A DNA stretch of 64,000 nucleotides from Eledone cirrhosa (GCA_964016885.1 OZ024746.1:25482001-25546000); one strand, 5' to 3'. Shown: positions 28,203 to 42,914, counted from the first letter of the stretch. The notes: generated by a model not told the origin, from the sequence alone. Numbers and translations: made by a program.

Positions 28203-31200
28203 AACTATCTCGCATAATATTGAATCTATGCAATTTTGGTATTATTTATTTTGAGAACAATACCTTAACATCAGTATGAGTGGTTAGTTATAGCCAGTTT
28301 AAACAGAAAGAGGTGAGAGAATTCTGGCTGGATATGGCCGGTTTAAATGCTACAGTTTTGAAATAGACAGTTTGTAACATTGGACCAGAAGTGGTTTGGT
28401 ATCAAAAGAGTTAATTTGATTTTATTATGTTTACCTTATAGGTCATTAACCTTTACCCTAAATATTTCTTAAGGGAATTAATTGATTATATCAACTAATT
28501 CCTTTTTTTTTTTCCTTGACTCAAAGTAGTTTGGAGTTCTGCAATACTCAAATAAGAACACACCAGAAGAGAATAGTAAAATATATTTAAAGAAAGAAAA
28601 TTGAAATAAGAGAAATTTGTAGTGTAATTTTATTTAATTTTTCACTACAATTATGAATAAAAGATTCTAGGTACAGTTACTAGTTACAACACAGCCACAT
28701 ATAACATAGCCACTGGCTACAACATAAAACAGAATGCGCAAAGCTGGATCAGATACAACAAAGCACCCTGTTCACTTCTTTAGCAATTCCACCACCCTGG
28801 ACTGGTACTTTATTTTATTGACCCCCGAAAGAATGAAAGGTAAAGTTGACATTATTGGGATTTGATCACAGCAGAGTGAACTGGAACAAATACCAAGACA
28901 TTTAACCCAATGAATGCTCTAACAACTCTACCAATTCACCACCATATTTAAACCCTTTATAAATAGTTGGTCAAAAATATTACATTAATTTACAGTTTAA
29001 TGAAAATAAATGGCTAAATATTAGTCAAGTCTAATTAAGCTGCCACACGAGGGTGTACCCCAGGGGTCTATTCTGAGCAAGCTATTCCCAAGATATGTTA
29101 ATACACATATCTTTCAAGGTTACATTTAGATTACCCTTATACAGTTCTCTTCCCAATAACGAGTTTATAACATACAAAGCTTGTGTATATATTGGACTTT
29201 CCTGTTGCTCAATCAATGGAACAGTCTGCTCATGAAATTAACATGCAAGTGGCTGAGCATTCCACAGATATGTGTACCCCTAATGCAGCTCTGAGAGAGA
29301 TTCAGTGTGATACAATGCAACAAGGTTTTCTCTTTGAATTACAGATCCAATTCACTTTTGCTAGCTCAGTGGATTGGAGCAATGTGAAATAAAGTGTCTT
29401 GCTTAAGGACACAATGTGATATTAGGAATAGAACTCATGGCCTTATTATCATGAGTTGGACGTCCTAACCACTAAGCCATGCATCTTCACTAGAGAGATG
29501 GTTATGTGCAGTGTTTTAAATTAAATGGTGGCTAATGAAAGTGGCTTATCAGAAATTGAGTTCTGTTTCTTGAAAATAATTTCCATTAGAAAAACATTGA
29601 AAATTAATGTTATTGATGTCAACTTCCAAAGGTTGTTATCAATAGATTATAATTACTTTAAAAAAAATTATTTTTAATTGTTAGATCAGATCAAGGAAAC
29701 TCTGTTTTTATTGGTCTTTCCATGGCTGATACTATCTGCTAGTCACAACTCCTGGTAGATGGAGGCAGGATTTGAACCCAGATCATATATTGCAAAGCTG
29801 CCAACACTGCCAATTCTTCTGCCAATCCACTGCCCCCTGCTGGACGGACAAAGTTGACCTCAGAGTGCCAGAACAAAAAGCTGATACATTTAATGTGACA
29901 CTAATGACTCCAATGTCTGACAGTTCCTCACTTATATTACTATTGAAATGTCATAGAATCATTTTTAATTGGTGAATTTTGTGTAAACATGTCAAAAAAC
30001 TGAAACATTTAAAAATTATGTTGGGATGATGTTAATCAAAATGAATATAACTGAATGGATATGTTTGCCTTGCTTTCTCTCTCTCTGTTTCTCGTTTGCC
30101 TCTCTCTCAAACACTTTTTCTCTTTAACTTTCTCATTCTCTCTCTCCCTTTCTCTCTTAACATGCCCCTCTTCCCACCATAACTTCTCCTTCAGCAATAC
30201 AATACCAATTTTCTACTGCTATTTGAGTGTGTAGCTGATAGAGTAAACATGGAAGTTCACCATTATTTTCTACATTCACACAGAGTCAATCCAAAGAGCC
30301 GCAACAGATGCTACAACACATATTACCCAATGCTCTAACAATTCTGCCAATCCACTGCTTTGGACTGGTACATTATTTATCGACCTTGAAAGGATGAAAA
30401 GCAAAGTTAATCTCAGCAGGATTTGAAATCAGAGAATACAGTGTCGAAACAAATACTACAAAGCATTTGATTTCAATTCTCTAACAACTCTCTTAATTTG
30501 CTGCTTTAAATCTTATCATCCTGTAAAGATTTAGTAGAAAATATCTAGTAACAGTTTTGTTCATTTTAATGTTTATAGTATCTTTACTAGTGCACAAATT
30601 ATTGTCAAAAATTGCAATATTATATCTTAACAACCTGTAATATTTTAGTAGGAAATGTTTTAAAACAGGTTTGTTAATTCAAATGTTTGTAATATCATTA
30701 AGATTGGACAGATCATTGTGAAAATTTGTAATATCATCTCATACTGCCCTGAAATGATTTAGCAGAAAATATCTTAAAACAGGTTTGTTAACTCAAAATT
30801 TTATAGTATCTTTACTAATGGAGAGGTTGTAAAAAATGTCAGTGTTAATGGGTATTCAATAGATGATAAAAAAAGATGTGAGTATACTGCTTGTGATGTA
30901 ATAAAATACAAAGTAAAAAAGATATTTTTCAATGTTGATGTGAAAATGAATGGACTGAATTCATCCTTTGTTTTAACAAGGTTGGAGGAAGGCCAAGAAA
31001 AACATGGTTAAAAATGATAGAGGAGGAGATGAAAACCATGAGATTGATGAAGGAGGATGCAGAGGGTAGTACAAAATGGAGAAGCTTGTCAAGGAGCATT
31101 GTAAGGTAAACTCCAGCTTTAGCAAGGAAAAGAATAGCCTGAAAATCCTTGTCGTTGTAGGCGTGAAAATGGGAATGTCTGAAAGAATTGCTAAAGAAGT

Positions 31201-32026
31201 TACCAGAACATAGTGTTTAGCTGCATGCTGACTGTAACATCTTTCTAAACATTTGGCCTTCTCCTAAACATGTGGCCTCTTTCTAAAAATGTGGCCTCTT
31301 TCTAAACATGTGGCCTTATTCTAAAAATGTGACCTTTTTCTAAATATACGACACATGATGGGCAAGGATACTAGTATAAAGTCCTTTTATAATAAACAAA
31401 AATATTTATTTTAAAAAACAAACAGAAAACTTAAATCACTTGAAAAAATAAAAATGTCAGGAAATATTTTTGAAAAAATATATTAATGTAAAGTTTCAAT
31501 GTTAAAACTAAGACTGAATCAAAATGTTGAAAAAGAATTTTGTAAACAAGATTCGTTTGTGTGTGTTTTAGGGTACATATGTACATACACATACTATATA
31601 TACTCTTTTACCTGTTCCAGCCATCCAGCTGAGGTCATGCTGGGGCGCTGCCCTTGAGATAATATATACACAAGTATTATTTTCAATCATGAGAGGATTT
31701 ATAACCGTTTTAAAGCTTAATGTAATGTTGATATGAATATCCCATCAAAGCAAAGTAAAATCTGCTTTTGTATAAAGATGATATTCTCGTATATGTCGTT
31801 GAATATGCAAAACTACAGTTTGATATATATAATGTTAAATAATGATAAAAGAAGAAATACAAAAGTCAAGTAGTAAATTAATTCATTATTTCATGAGTGT
31901 TTCAGAGAGTGAAATTACCGATGTGCTGACTAATCACTTAGTTATTGAACCTCCATACTATCAGCCTCAATGTATGTATGTGTGTGTATATATATATATA
32001 TACAAAGAATCAGTATTGCATCATTT

Positions 32027-34245
32027 CATCATCATCATGATCTTCGTTTCACGTCCATTTTCCACGCTAGCATGGGTTAGACGGGAGTTGTCCCACTTGA
32101 GGCAAGGTTGGTCGGGTGACCATGTCTCACTCATATAGGACTATCTGGCAGGTTTTCTACGGCTGGATGCCCTTCCTAACACCAACCACATTTACAGTGT
32201 GGAACTGGGAACTTTTTACCGTGTTACCTACACGGCCACATTACAGCGTGGACTGTGTGTGTTTTTCTCGTGACACCTACACGATCTGGATATCATTTAT
32301 CTCATTTATTTGGACTGGATGTTGTGGTACCAACTTTATAGAGAGGGTGGTGTTGGTGGGAGGATGGGGTAGTGGATTGGGGTGTATATTTGGTTAGGAA
32401 GTGCCTACTGACTGTAGGTTTCGCTTTGTACATAGGCAAGGCGGGTCTTCTGTATTACTGCGTAGCGCCAAAGATCTCAGTCCAGTGACATTGTCTTAGA
32501 GAGGTGCAAGTGTGTAAGGTCGGAATTTATCAGATCGTCCCAGGTTTTTCTGGGTCTACCTACTCCGTAACTACCATCAATTTTGATCGCCCTGCACTTT
32601 TTTATACAGCTGTCGTCTTTCATGCGCATCACGTGGCCATACCAATGTAGTCTTCTCTCGAGTAAACAGCATCTGATCCCTCTTATTCCTAAATTCTCAC
32701 TTAGTTCATTTATGCTTTGCCGTTCATGTATATTACTATTACACATCCAACGGAGCATGCATGCTTCGTTCCTTTCCAGTCTACGCAGGTCCTCTGCATG
32801 CAATGCCCATGTCTCACTGCCATGTAGCATTGCTGTTTGTATACAGGCATCATACAATCTGCCTTTCATTTTTAGAGAGAAACCTTTTGTGGCCAACAGC
32901 GGTATAAGCTCTCTGAACTTTTTCCATCCCGTTCTGACTCTGGCTACTGTACTATCAGAACACCCTCCACCACTGCTGATTTCGTCACCCAGGTAACGGA
33001 AAGTGTCTACTATTTCTATAGAACCATCTGGGCAATAGAAGGGGCTAGTATCCTGTGGACACTTGCTACCTATTGCACCTGAGCATCAGCCACATATAAA
33101 GTCTACATTCTTAGATAGTTTACCTGTGATCCCACTACATCTTTTATGTACCCATACTTTGCATTTGGGACATAAAATTGAATTTCTGCCTACTCCTTTC
33201 CTACACACTGAGCAAGGCCATTTCCCTGAGGGTTCCTGTGCCTTATTTTCCTTTCTACAAACTAGAACTTTAGTCTTAGACAAGTTAACTTTAAGGCCTT
33301 TTGATTCTAGGCCATGCTTCCATGTTTGGAATTTCTTTTCTAGTTCAGCCATTGATTCAGCTATGAGCCTTAGATCATCTGCGTATAGGAGTTCCCATGG
33401 GCTGCCGGTCTTGAACTCCTCTGTTATAGCCTGAAGGGCAATAATAAATAGGAGGGGGCTAAGGACAGAGCCTTGGTGAACACCAATTTTTACACTAAAT
33501 TCTTCACAATATTCATTGTTAATTCTAACCTTACTGACTGTTTCATTATACATAGCTTGTATAACTCTCACAAGCCATTCATCTATACCTAGTTTTCTAA
33601 GAGCCCACCAGATAATGGAGCGGGGGGACTCTGTCAAAGGCTTTTTCCAGGTCTACAAAGCTAAATAGAGGGGTAGTTGTCGTACAAAGAAAAGAGCGTC
33701 TGTGGTACTTTTATCTGACACAAACCCAAACTGCATTTCATCTAGATCAATTCGCTCTCTGATTAGTTGCGCTATAACTCTTTCTGTGACCTTCATGACC
33801 TGGTCAACTAACTTAATGCCTCTATAGTTTCCTCTATCTAGAGCATCTCCTTTACCCTTGTAGCAGTTAATGATGATGATGCTACGCCAGTCTTTTGGTA
33901 TGACCCCATTCTGTATTACTTGGTTAACTATACGAGTGACCATAGTATGTCCCACCATTCCAGATGCCTTCAACATCTCAGCAACTATTTCCGAAGGCCC
34001 AGCTGCCTTGCCTGTCTTCTTATCTTTGATAATTATACTACCTTTAACTTGCACCGCTGGTCCTTCTATTGGATCAATTTGGGGCAGACTATCTTTTTCC
34101 CACTTATTCTTCTCATTTAATAGTCTCTCGTAGTGACACTTTCAGCATCAGTGAGGGCAAGTACACCGTTATCATTACAGACACACTTCTCCCCGACAAT
34201 ATCATGGTTTTCCTTGACACATTGTCTAGCAATCCTGAACATTTA
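32027..34245 (-). mobile_element. 5'-truncated RTE LINE, ~2.2 kb, frameshifted RT
   Basis: KGKGDALDRGNYRGIKL, QFGF, GVHQGSVLSPLLF, YADDL, RRLHWYGHV, (GAT)n tail. Confidence 0.92.
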
Positions 34246-34857
34246 CATATTCAATTGCATATCACATATGTTTCACTGCCAATCAGCTCAAGGAATGGTC
34301 GATTAATGTTCAATCCTGACTGTGGAATCGGAAGCTCCTAAGATATGTGTTATATGTAATTAAATATGTAAATATGTTTTATGAAGTGTTGAAAAAATTT
34401 GAATTTTGAAAGCGTTCACTTATTGTAAACTGGTACAATGCAAAGGTGACTATGAAAAATAGTCAAACAAGTGTTGGGCATATGAACCCTTTGATAGGAA
34501 AAAAAGTGAAGAGTGCCACCTGTTGGAATTGAACCCACATGCTGCATGCCGGATGGATGTATTATCATTACATGAAAGTGAGACTGACCATTTACCCATC
34601 ATTTTTAAACATTATAGTTCAGCCAGTAGATGTAAACAGATGCAAAATTATGGTGATGATGATGATGATATTTATACATATATATATATATAGTTTTAGT
34701 TCAAGTGTTATGAAATGTGTCATTCAATAATAGTAGTAATAATAATAATAATATGAGCAATAGGACGGAGATGAATCCCAGAAAACATCTCATTTGAATT
34801 TATGAAGAAAAAAAATTCACTTTCTTCCCATTTCTCTTTCAATCCTTACACCACTTA

Positions 34858-34973
34858 TTATTTCTTGTGAGAGTCTCTCAAAATTCTACGCAGTATCTTG
34901 CCAGCTGCAGATTTTGGAATTTCTTCTACAAATTTCACACCTCCTCTTAACCGCTTGTGTGGTGCAACATTAC
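34858..34973 (-). CDS. 4CL-like exon 11, terminal ([37 protein letters not shown])
   Basis: tttcag acceptor; TAA at 34860-34858; PK...GKILR adenylation lysine motif; summed CDS 1773 nt = 590 aa. Confidence 0.95.
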
Positions 34974-36356
34974 CTGAAATTACAAGTAAGAGCAGTAGTT
35001 TAATAACTTACCATCATTGATATATGAAGGTGTATGGCATCAGTAGCATATTGCTGGGATGCATGGGAATGCAGCTGCACCCCACAAAAACTGTTGTCGG
35101 AAAATTCTTAAATTTCCCAAAAATGTTGTATACTTTGCACGTTTATTTTAATTACACAAAACATAATAAAATATGTACAATACAATAATGAATAAAGATG
35201 TCATAATAATGATTGGCAGGCATAACAATTTTGTTGGAAAATTAGCCATTTTTGTTGGAAAATTATGAACCTCTGCACCCACCAAAATGATAGGAGCAAT
35301 ATGCTTATGTATGACATAATAGTTAAGGTGTATGACTCATAATAGTAAGATTGTGTATTTGGTTCCCAGTGGTTCATTGTGTCCTTGAGCAAGATACTTT
35401 ATTTAATGTTGTACATATAATTTGAAGAGTTAGCGCTTACCATCACCACGGTCGAGGCAAGCTGGCTCCAGTTGTGTTGGGAAGGTGGCTACATCAAGGC
35501 TCCTTCTGAAGATGCCGTTCAGAGCAGTGTGTCAAGGGAACCAGCCTGCACTATAGTGGCATGATAATGGGTGCAGACCAAACTCATCAACAACATTTAT
35601 GTTCCACAACAGCATTTATGTGGCTCACACATGCAGAGGCTGAGGCACTGGGCTACTCTGATGTGAATGCACTTGCCATCAACAAGAGTACCAGTTGATG
35701 AAGATGGCACCAAATTGAGCCATGTGCCACTGTTTGGTTGTGAGATGGGAAGGAGGCAGATAAAAAGGTGTTGGTCAAAGGAAGACTCAATCTGCCTGAA
35801 AGTAGACATGCACTATTTTCAAAATTATTTGAAAACTATAGGCAGCGTCTTTCATTAGAAATTTGGTAATGAAAGGATTAAAGTATTTAATCTAATTTTA
35901 ATCCCACATATTTCATTTTATTCTTTTACTGATTTCAATCATTCCACTGTGGCCAAGCTGGAGCACCACCTTAAAGGAATGTTTGTCTATCATATCAATC
36001 ATACTGACCCCACTATTTGATTTTCTTTTTCAAATCCAATACTTATTTTATCAATCTCTTTTTGTCGAACTACATTTAGGGACATAGACACAAATGTAGA
36101 CACTCACTTATCCCCCTACCACACACACACCTTCATAAATATATATATATAATATATCCCTTAAACCAACACTAAATATACAACTGGCTTCTGCAGTTTC
36201 CACCTACCTTGATCAAACCAGGGCTATGGTAGAAGACACTTGCCCAAAGTGCCACACAGTGGGATTGAATCAGAAACTATGTAGTTGTAAAGCAAACTTC
36301 TTAACCACACAGCTATGTCTGCACTTTAATAAAATAAAAAGATATGAAATGCCAAC

Positions 36357-36522
36357 CTTTAACAAACTTCAAAATGTCTTCCTCTTGTACATTTCTTTTT
36401 CCTTTAGAGACAACATAGGCTCTTGGTAATTCCCCAGCTTTTTCATCTGGTATACCTATCACAGCACAGTCTAGGATGTCAGGATGGGTTAGTAAGAGGG
36501 CTTCTAATTCAGCTGGTGGCAC
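36357..36522 (-). CDS. 4CL-like exon 10 ([38 protein letters not shown]...LKFVK-G)
   Basis: gtctag / gttggc, 166 nt; V.PAELE.LLL.HP motif. Confidence 0.95.
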
Positions 36523-37127
36523 CTAGACAAATAAACACATTAATATATCAATGTATAAATTTGAAAATATGTTATCCTTTTGGGAGAGGAAGGGCTGTCA
36601 CAATGTCAATAACTATGAATAATTGTTGATAACTATAAATAATAGTTGAATAAGTTAGGTAAAGGACTGCTGGTGATGTAAAAAGTGGTGGACAGAGACA
36701 CCTACAGAAACAAACTATGTATCTCTCATATGAAAGGTAAGCACATTTAACCATTACACCAGCATAATAAATAATAATAATGAAATTATTGTGTAAAGTG
36801 CTCAGGTGCACTACAACTCGTCAAAGGTGCATGTATAGTACATAGAATAATACACAAATGTCAGCATATGAGAGATGTGTGGTTTGTTTCTCACAGGTGA
36901 CTTTGTCCTAATTTTTCTGTCACCAGGAATACTTTATTTACTATTCGTAGTTATCTGCATTGTGGTAGCTTCCCAAAAAAGCCAACATATTTCGAATTTC
37001 AAATTTCCCCTATGCTTCTTTGTGAATTAACCAAATATTGTTTACCAATGTTTAATTCAAAGCCGTTGTATTTTGCTGCCAATCACTCTTTTTATACCAA
37101 ACTGCCAAAAACCACCTCTGTTTCTAT

Positions 37128-37848
37128 AATAATAATAATGAAATATTGTGTACAGTGCCCAGGTGCACCACAACTCATCAAAAAGTGCATGTACAGTACA
37201 TAGGGCAATGCACAAACATCAGTAAAATGAACAGTGCACGAGTCATGATACACACATGTGTGCATGTGTATGGAAGGGGTACATCAGGTGTAGTTTTGGC
37301 GTATTTCGGGAAGCATGAGTGTCTTAAAGGATGCAGTGTCTCGGCAGCTAACAACTGACGCAGGCAGTTTGTTCCATGCTTCAGGAACTCTGAGCGTGAA
37401 AAAATGTCTACGAAAGTCATGGGAGCTGTGCTGTTTTCTGATTTTGTAGGCATGTCCACATGTGTTAGACACATGGAGATCAAAAAGGTGCTCAGGGTTG
37501 TTATTGGTGAGATGGTTAATAACTTTGTGGGTATTCACCAAGTCCATTGTCAGACGTCGGAGCTTCAATGAATCCATGCCCAGGGAAGCAAGGCGTTCAG
37601 AGTATGGTAGGTGTCTGATGGAGGGTATGCGCTTGGTTGCACGCCTCTGAGCAGTTTCCAGGAGGTCAATGTTCTGAGCAAGATAGGGGTTCCAGACTGA
37701 TGATGCGAATTCCAAGTGTGGTCGTACCAGTTTTAAATAGATGGCTGGCGAGCGGCTAACAAAGGTCTTGCTGAGTGATGCCAAGACACCCTCGGCCTTC
37801 TTGACAATCTTAGAGACATGCTTTGTCCAACGCAAATCGCTGCTGATG
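37128..37848 (-). mobile_element. CR1-like LINE 3' end, same family as 1-536, in 4CL-like intron 9
   Basis: ORF with VRPHLEFASSVWNP..., QRRATKRIP...LPYSERL, FF..RV...WN.LP; (TTA)n tail. Confidence 0.9.
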
Positions 37849-38086
37849 ATACTAAACTGTTTGTTATAAAGTATTTATATTCATCTAAAAACCTTTCATT
37901 ACAATTTTATGTAAGAACCTTCGTTATGATACAAACACTAAAGTAATAATGAGAAAGTTACTATATATTACTTAATTCCCCCAAATTTGAAATTATTTTC
38001 AGAATCCTTTAAAAACCATAGACAGTGTCTTTCATTATAAATATGGTAACAAAAGTATAATATAATAATAAGAAGTATTTAGTCAC

Positions 38087-38169
38087 CTGAAAACCTTTAT
38101 ATTTGATAAGTTCTTTCAATCGATCAGTGATGTAAAAATGACCATCCTCATCATAGTGAGCCAGATCAC
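38087..38169 (-). CDS. 4CL-like exon 9 ([27 protein letters not shown])
   Basis: cttaag / gtgact, 83 nt; [13 protein letters not shown] hinge motif. Confidence 0.95.
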
Positions 38170-38428
38170 CTTAAGTATAAAAGAGCAGCAACAATAAAAA
38201 TAAAGATGGATTAATCTTGTACACAATGATAGACTTTTGCCTTTAACATATATATGTGAGTTGTTTCTAACAGTTGATCTTTGATTTGTCTGATGAGCCA
38301 GTGACCTAAGGAATAGAACCCTATTATTTTATAACGCTTATGTAATTGAGAATGATTTGGGGCTTGACCACTAGCAAAAGATATGCAGCAAAATGTACAT
38401 ATGTTAAACTGATAATTCTCTGTTTTGG

Positions 38429-38490
<62 letters not shown>

Positions 38491-38540
38491 AATATACACA
38501 CACACACATATATAATACATAAATATACACACACACACAC

Positions 38541-38596
<56 letters not shown>

Positions 38597-38905
38597 ATCA
38601 TCACTGTTTAACGTCCATTTTTCCATGCTAGCATATTAAAACCTTTTGTAATATGATAAACATAAACTTAAAGATGCATTTATACATGCAAAGTATGACA
38701 AAAATAAATGTGATGGAAACACTAACAGGAATCGTACCACACATCTGTTGTAGACTGGACAACTACACAGACTACTACATGAAGATGACCTGACATATTC
38801 TAACCTAAAATTTAGTGTATATAAATGCCTTACTAGATAAACTGTAATTGCTTAACATCCTATCATATCAAATGACAATTAGAAATAAGAGTGCAGTCAC
38901 TTAAT

Positions 38906-39588
38906 CACCAGTGAACATATATAAATATATATATATACACACCAGTGAACATATATAAATATAAATATATACACACAATAAATATATACACACCAGTGAA
39001 CATATATAAATATAAATATATACACACCAGTGAACATATATAAATATAAATATATACACACCAGTGAACATATATAAATATAAATATATACACACCAGTG
39101 AACATATATAAATATAAATATATACACACCAGTGAACATATATACATATAAATATATACACACCAGTGAACATATATAAATATAAATATATACACACCAG
39201 TGAACATATATAAATATAAATATATACACACCAGTGAACATATATAAATATAAATATATACACACCAGTGAACATATATAAATATAAATATATACACACC
39301 AGTGAACATATATAAATATAAATATATACACACCAGTGAACATATATAAATATAAATATATACACACCAGTGAACATATATAAATATAAATATATACACA
39401 CCAGTGAACATATATAAATATAAATATATACACACCAGTGAACATATATAAATATAAATATATACACACCAGTGAACATATATAAATATAAATATATACA
39501 CACAATAAATATATACACACCAGTGAACATATATAAATATAAATATATACACACCAGTGAACATATATAAATATAAATATATACACAC
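38906..39588. repeat. 34-bp minisatellite, 19 copies (accagtgaacatatataaatataaatatatacac)
   Basis: Exact 34-nt period, except two units with the same 17-nt insertion. Confidence 0.95.
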
Positions 39589-40183
39589 AAATCTGTCTGA
39601 GTGATCGGTAGCTCTGCTTCAGTAATGACTTGATCTATATAGACCTGTTCAACCCTTGCTAGCAGGGAAAGTGGACATTAAAGTGATGATGATGATATAT
39701 ATATATATATATAGGTGGCGAATTAGCAGAGTCCAGAGTCGTTAGAATGTCGGATAGAATGTTTTATGGTATTCGGTCTGGCTCTCTGCTCTCGGAGTTT
39801 AAGTCCTGCCAAGGTCAACTTTGCCTTTCATCCTTTTGAGGTCAATAAAAAAGAAGCAGTCTAGTACTGGGATCAATTCTTCTTCTATATCTCTTTCTCA
39901 TTTCCTCTCTCTCACTTTTTATCTTTCTCTGGAAGAAATCTGTTGCACTCAAGCCTAGAGAGGGATGGACTCCGCCAGGCATAAGATGGCCAAGAAACAC
40001 TGTATGTCAATACAGCACCCTATGATTCTATCAGCTGTTACGGGACAATACATACATATATATAAATTTAGAGTGGAGATGATGAAAGAACACATCAAGT
40101 GGATGGAAGCTGTACTAGAGAGGACCTGTCCAATGCCTGGAAGCATGAAAAAAATGGACATGGTGATGATGAAATCCACTTAC

Positions 40184-40325
40184 CTGTATGTAACCATTCA
40201 TCTCTGATCATATCAGCAGTAGCGTCAGGCCGGTTTAAATATCCTTTCATTATTTGTGGTCCTTTTACACATATCTCACCAGTTTGCATTGGGCCCAGAA
40301 TCTGCTGTGTTTCAGGGTCAATTAT
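40184..40325 (-). CDS. 4CL-like exon 8 ([48 protein letters not shown])
   Basis: tgtcag / gtaagt, 142 nt; GEICVKG (4CL box II-like) and WLHTGD. Confidence 0.96.
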
Positions 40326-41208
40326 CTGACAAACATAGAAAAACAAATGTAATTTATATATAACAACCAGGACATAACCCAATGTTTTACAGAAAGAACA
40401 TGTAGTATTTGATTTCTTCACCAAAGCCTATGTTTATGGAGTATATGTATATAATACAGAGGCTGAAAAAACCAAGTTCCTCAGGCTACTATTGCTGTAG
40501 TACTATCAGTTATACCACTAGTTTTCTTTTCAAGGAGGACTAAAAAATATATTTCATCCACAGTTCTAGATGCTGAAGTACCTCTTCCTAATCCTGAGGT
40601 GAAATATGCTCAAATTCTTCCATTGGTGATGATGAGGGCAAAATGGAGGCTAAGGAAAGTCCGAAGACAATTGTAACAGGAGAAAAGATGAGAAGAAAAG
40701 AAGAGAAGAAAGAGAAATAAAAACAAAGACAGCTCTTTGAAAATAAAGAAAAACACTAAACAGTGTGATTCCCTGAAATACACACTCATCAGAACCAATA
40801 ACACTGGGCTGGTTAACAAAATATATGAATTGCAGGAGGAAAACCTATGTAATTATGGATGGACTTAGAAATAAAGGACTGCTATTAAGAGCTCCTGGAT
40901 GATAGACTACAAAAGAAGTATACAAAGAGATAAAATACGTCTGTCCAGCAAACATTGGTGCTTTTGTTAATGAAATCACTGAAGAAATTTTTATGGAGGA
41001 TTTCAGTGATCTCTGGGAAATATATACTACATTATGGGTGAGTAAAAATGTGGAGTGTTCTGATCCAGCTTAACTAATGGGTTCCTACTTGATTATTTTC
41101 AAAATAATTTAAAAGTCATAGACAGTATCTTTCATTAGAAATATGGTAATGAAATGGTTAAATAAGTTGGTAAGAAATTAAAACTTTTCAACAGAAATCA
41201 ATATTTAC

Positions 41209-41309
41209 CTTTGCAGCAGTGTTAGGTATCAAGGTACCAACAGAAGCCTGATTAACAATTGGTGGTATATTCAAATGAGTGACAGGACTTGTTTCAGTCA
41301 GACCATAGC
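41209..41309 (-). CDS. 4CL-like exon 7 (YGLTETSPVTHLNIPPIVNQASVGTLIPNTAAK)
   Basis: atatag / gtaaat, 101 nt; QGYGLTE motif spans the junction. Confidence 0.95.
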
Positions 41310-41554
41310 CTATATATAAATGTATTGAAATAATCATAATAAATATATTATATAATGAATAGACATGGTATATCATATATTAAAAATATTGATATATGTA
41401 ATATATTACATTTTTCAGTTTATCTAAATGTGCAGATAACAAAGTTGACCTCAGTAGAATTTGAATTCAGAACATAAAAAGCTGAAACAAATATGGCATA
41501 ATAGTTCACCTATTCTACTAATCCTTTACCCATAACCAATAAATTATAATGATA

Positions 41555-42212
41555 ATAATGGTTTCTGATTTAAGCACAAGGCCAACAATTTTAGGGAAAG
41601 GGAAAGTTGATTAAATCAACCTCACTGCATTACTGGTATTTTATTTTATCGACCCTGAAAGGATGAAAGGCAAAGCTAACCTCAGCAGGATTTGAACTCA
41701 GAATATAGAAAGTTGTAACTAAAGTATTTTGCCTGAGAGTTCTACCAATATTGCGAATCCACCACCCTGATAATAATTGTTTCTACTTTAGGCACAAGGC
41801 CAGCAATTACCCAGTGCATTACTGGTACTTTATTTTATCGACCCCGTAAGGATGAAAGGCAAAGTCAACCTCGGCGGGATTTGAACTCAGATCGTAAAGG
41901 GACGTAACTATGCTGGGAAGCATGGTGTCTGACCCTCTACCGATACTGAGAGTTCTACCAATATTGCGAATCCACCACCCTGATAATAATGATTTCTATT
42001 GTAGGCACAAGGCTAGCAATTTTAGGGGAAGGGAAAGTCAATTAAATCGACCCCAGTGCATTATTGGTGCTTTATTTTATCGACCCCCCCCCCCTCCCCG
42101 TAAGGATGAAACGCAAAGCTAACCTTGGTGAGAATTGAACTCAGAATGTAAAGAGACGCAACTATGCCACGAAGCATGGTGTTCGACGCTCCTCCAATAT
42201 TGCCAATCCACT
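41555..42212 (-). mobile_element. Three head-to-tail family A SINEs of different ages in 4CL-like intron 6
   Basis: Three copies of ttttatcgaccc...ggatgaaa..caaag; gagagttctaccaatattgcgaatccaccaccctgataataat duplicated around the young central copy. Confidence 0.85.
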
Positions 42213-42236
42213 AATAATAATAACAAAATATTTTAC

Positions 42237-42408
42237 CTTGGATCATTTCCTTGATGTTATGTTTTTCTAAACATTCCATAATAAGATCTAACCCCAGTGG
42301 TGCCGCACCTGAAAATATTCTTCTGAGGGCTGTCAAATCGTAATCATCTACGAGAGGGTGTTTAGCCAAAAACAAGATCAATGGTGGCACCAAATGTGCA
42401 CAGGTTAT
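42237..42408 (-). CDS. 4CL-like exon 6 (ITCAHLVPPLILFLAKHPLVDDYDLTALRRIFSGAAPLG...EMIQ-G)
   Basis: tttcag / gtaaaa, 172 nt; VPP and SGAAPL motifs. Confidence 0.95.
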
Positions 42409-42914
42409 CTGAAACATAATCGACAATTGGAACATAAAACACAATGAAGAAATTGAAGGATATTATTAGTGAGGAAAGTGATTTGGTGACACTCTGCAGG
42501 ATGAAAAATATAACCTGTCAAAGGGCAGAGGAATTTAGGAGAGTCAACAGCCATCCAGTAAGGGTAGACAGAGATCATTAGCCTTGATTAGCATTATATC
42601 TAGAAGGATCACTCTGATTTCAAAACCGAGGCATACGGGACTCATAGTCACCTTGGTGACAACCTTTCAAGTGGTCAATGTGTTTATATTTGTGATGAAG
42701 GTGGATGAGCTGCAGCTCAGAGTAACGGTCAGATGAGGATTCGAGTCCCACCAATGTCACTGTCACTGGGTAGGTGCAGAAAATAGGGTAAAATGACAAA
42801 GCTTGTAATGGAGCCTACAAAGTTAACTTCTGCTTTAGCAAGCAAGGTGGCCTCAAAATGCTTGTTGTTAAAATTAGAATTATTAAAGAATGTTTACATT
42901 ACATATTTCCTTAC

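Noticed and set aside
38897-39590. Three ~229-aa ORFs, or a CRISPR-like array
   Set aside because: Pure 34-bp tandem repeat with no unique spacers; the ORFs are a by-product of a stop-free repeat inside an intron
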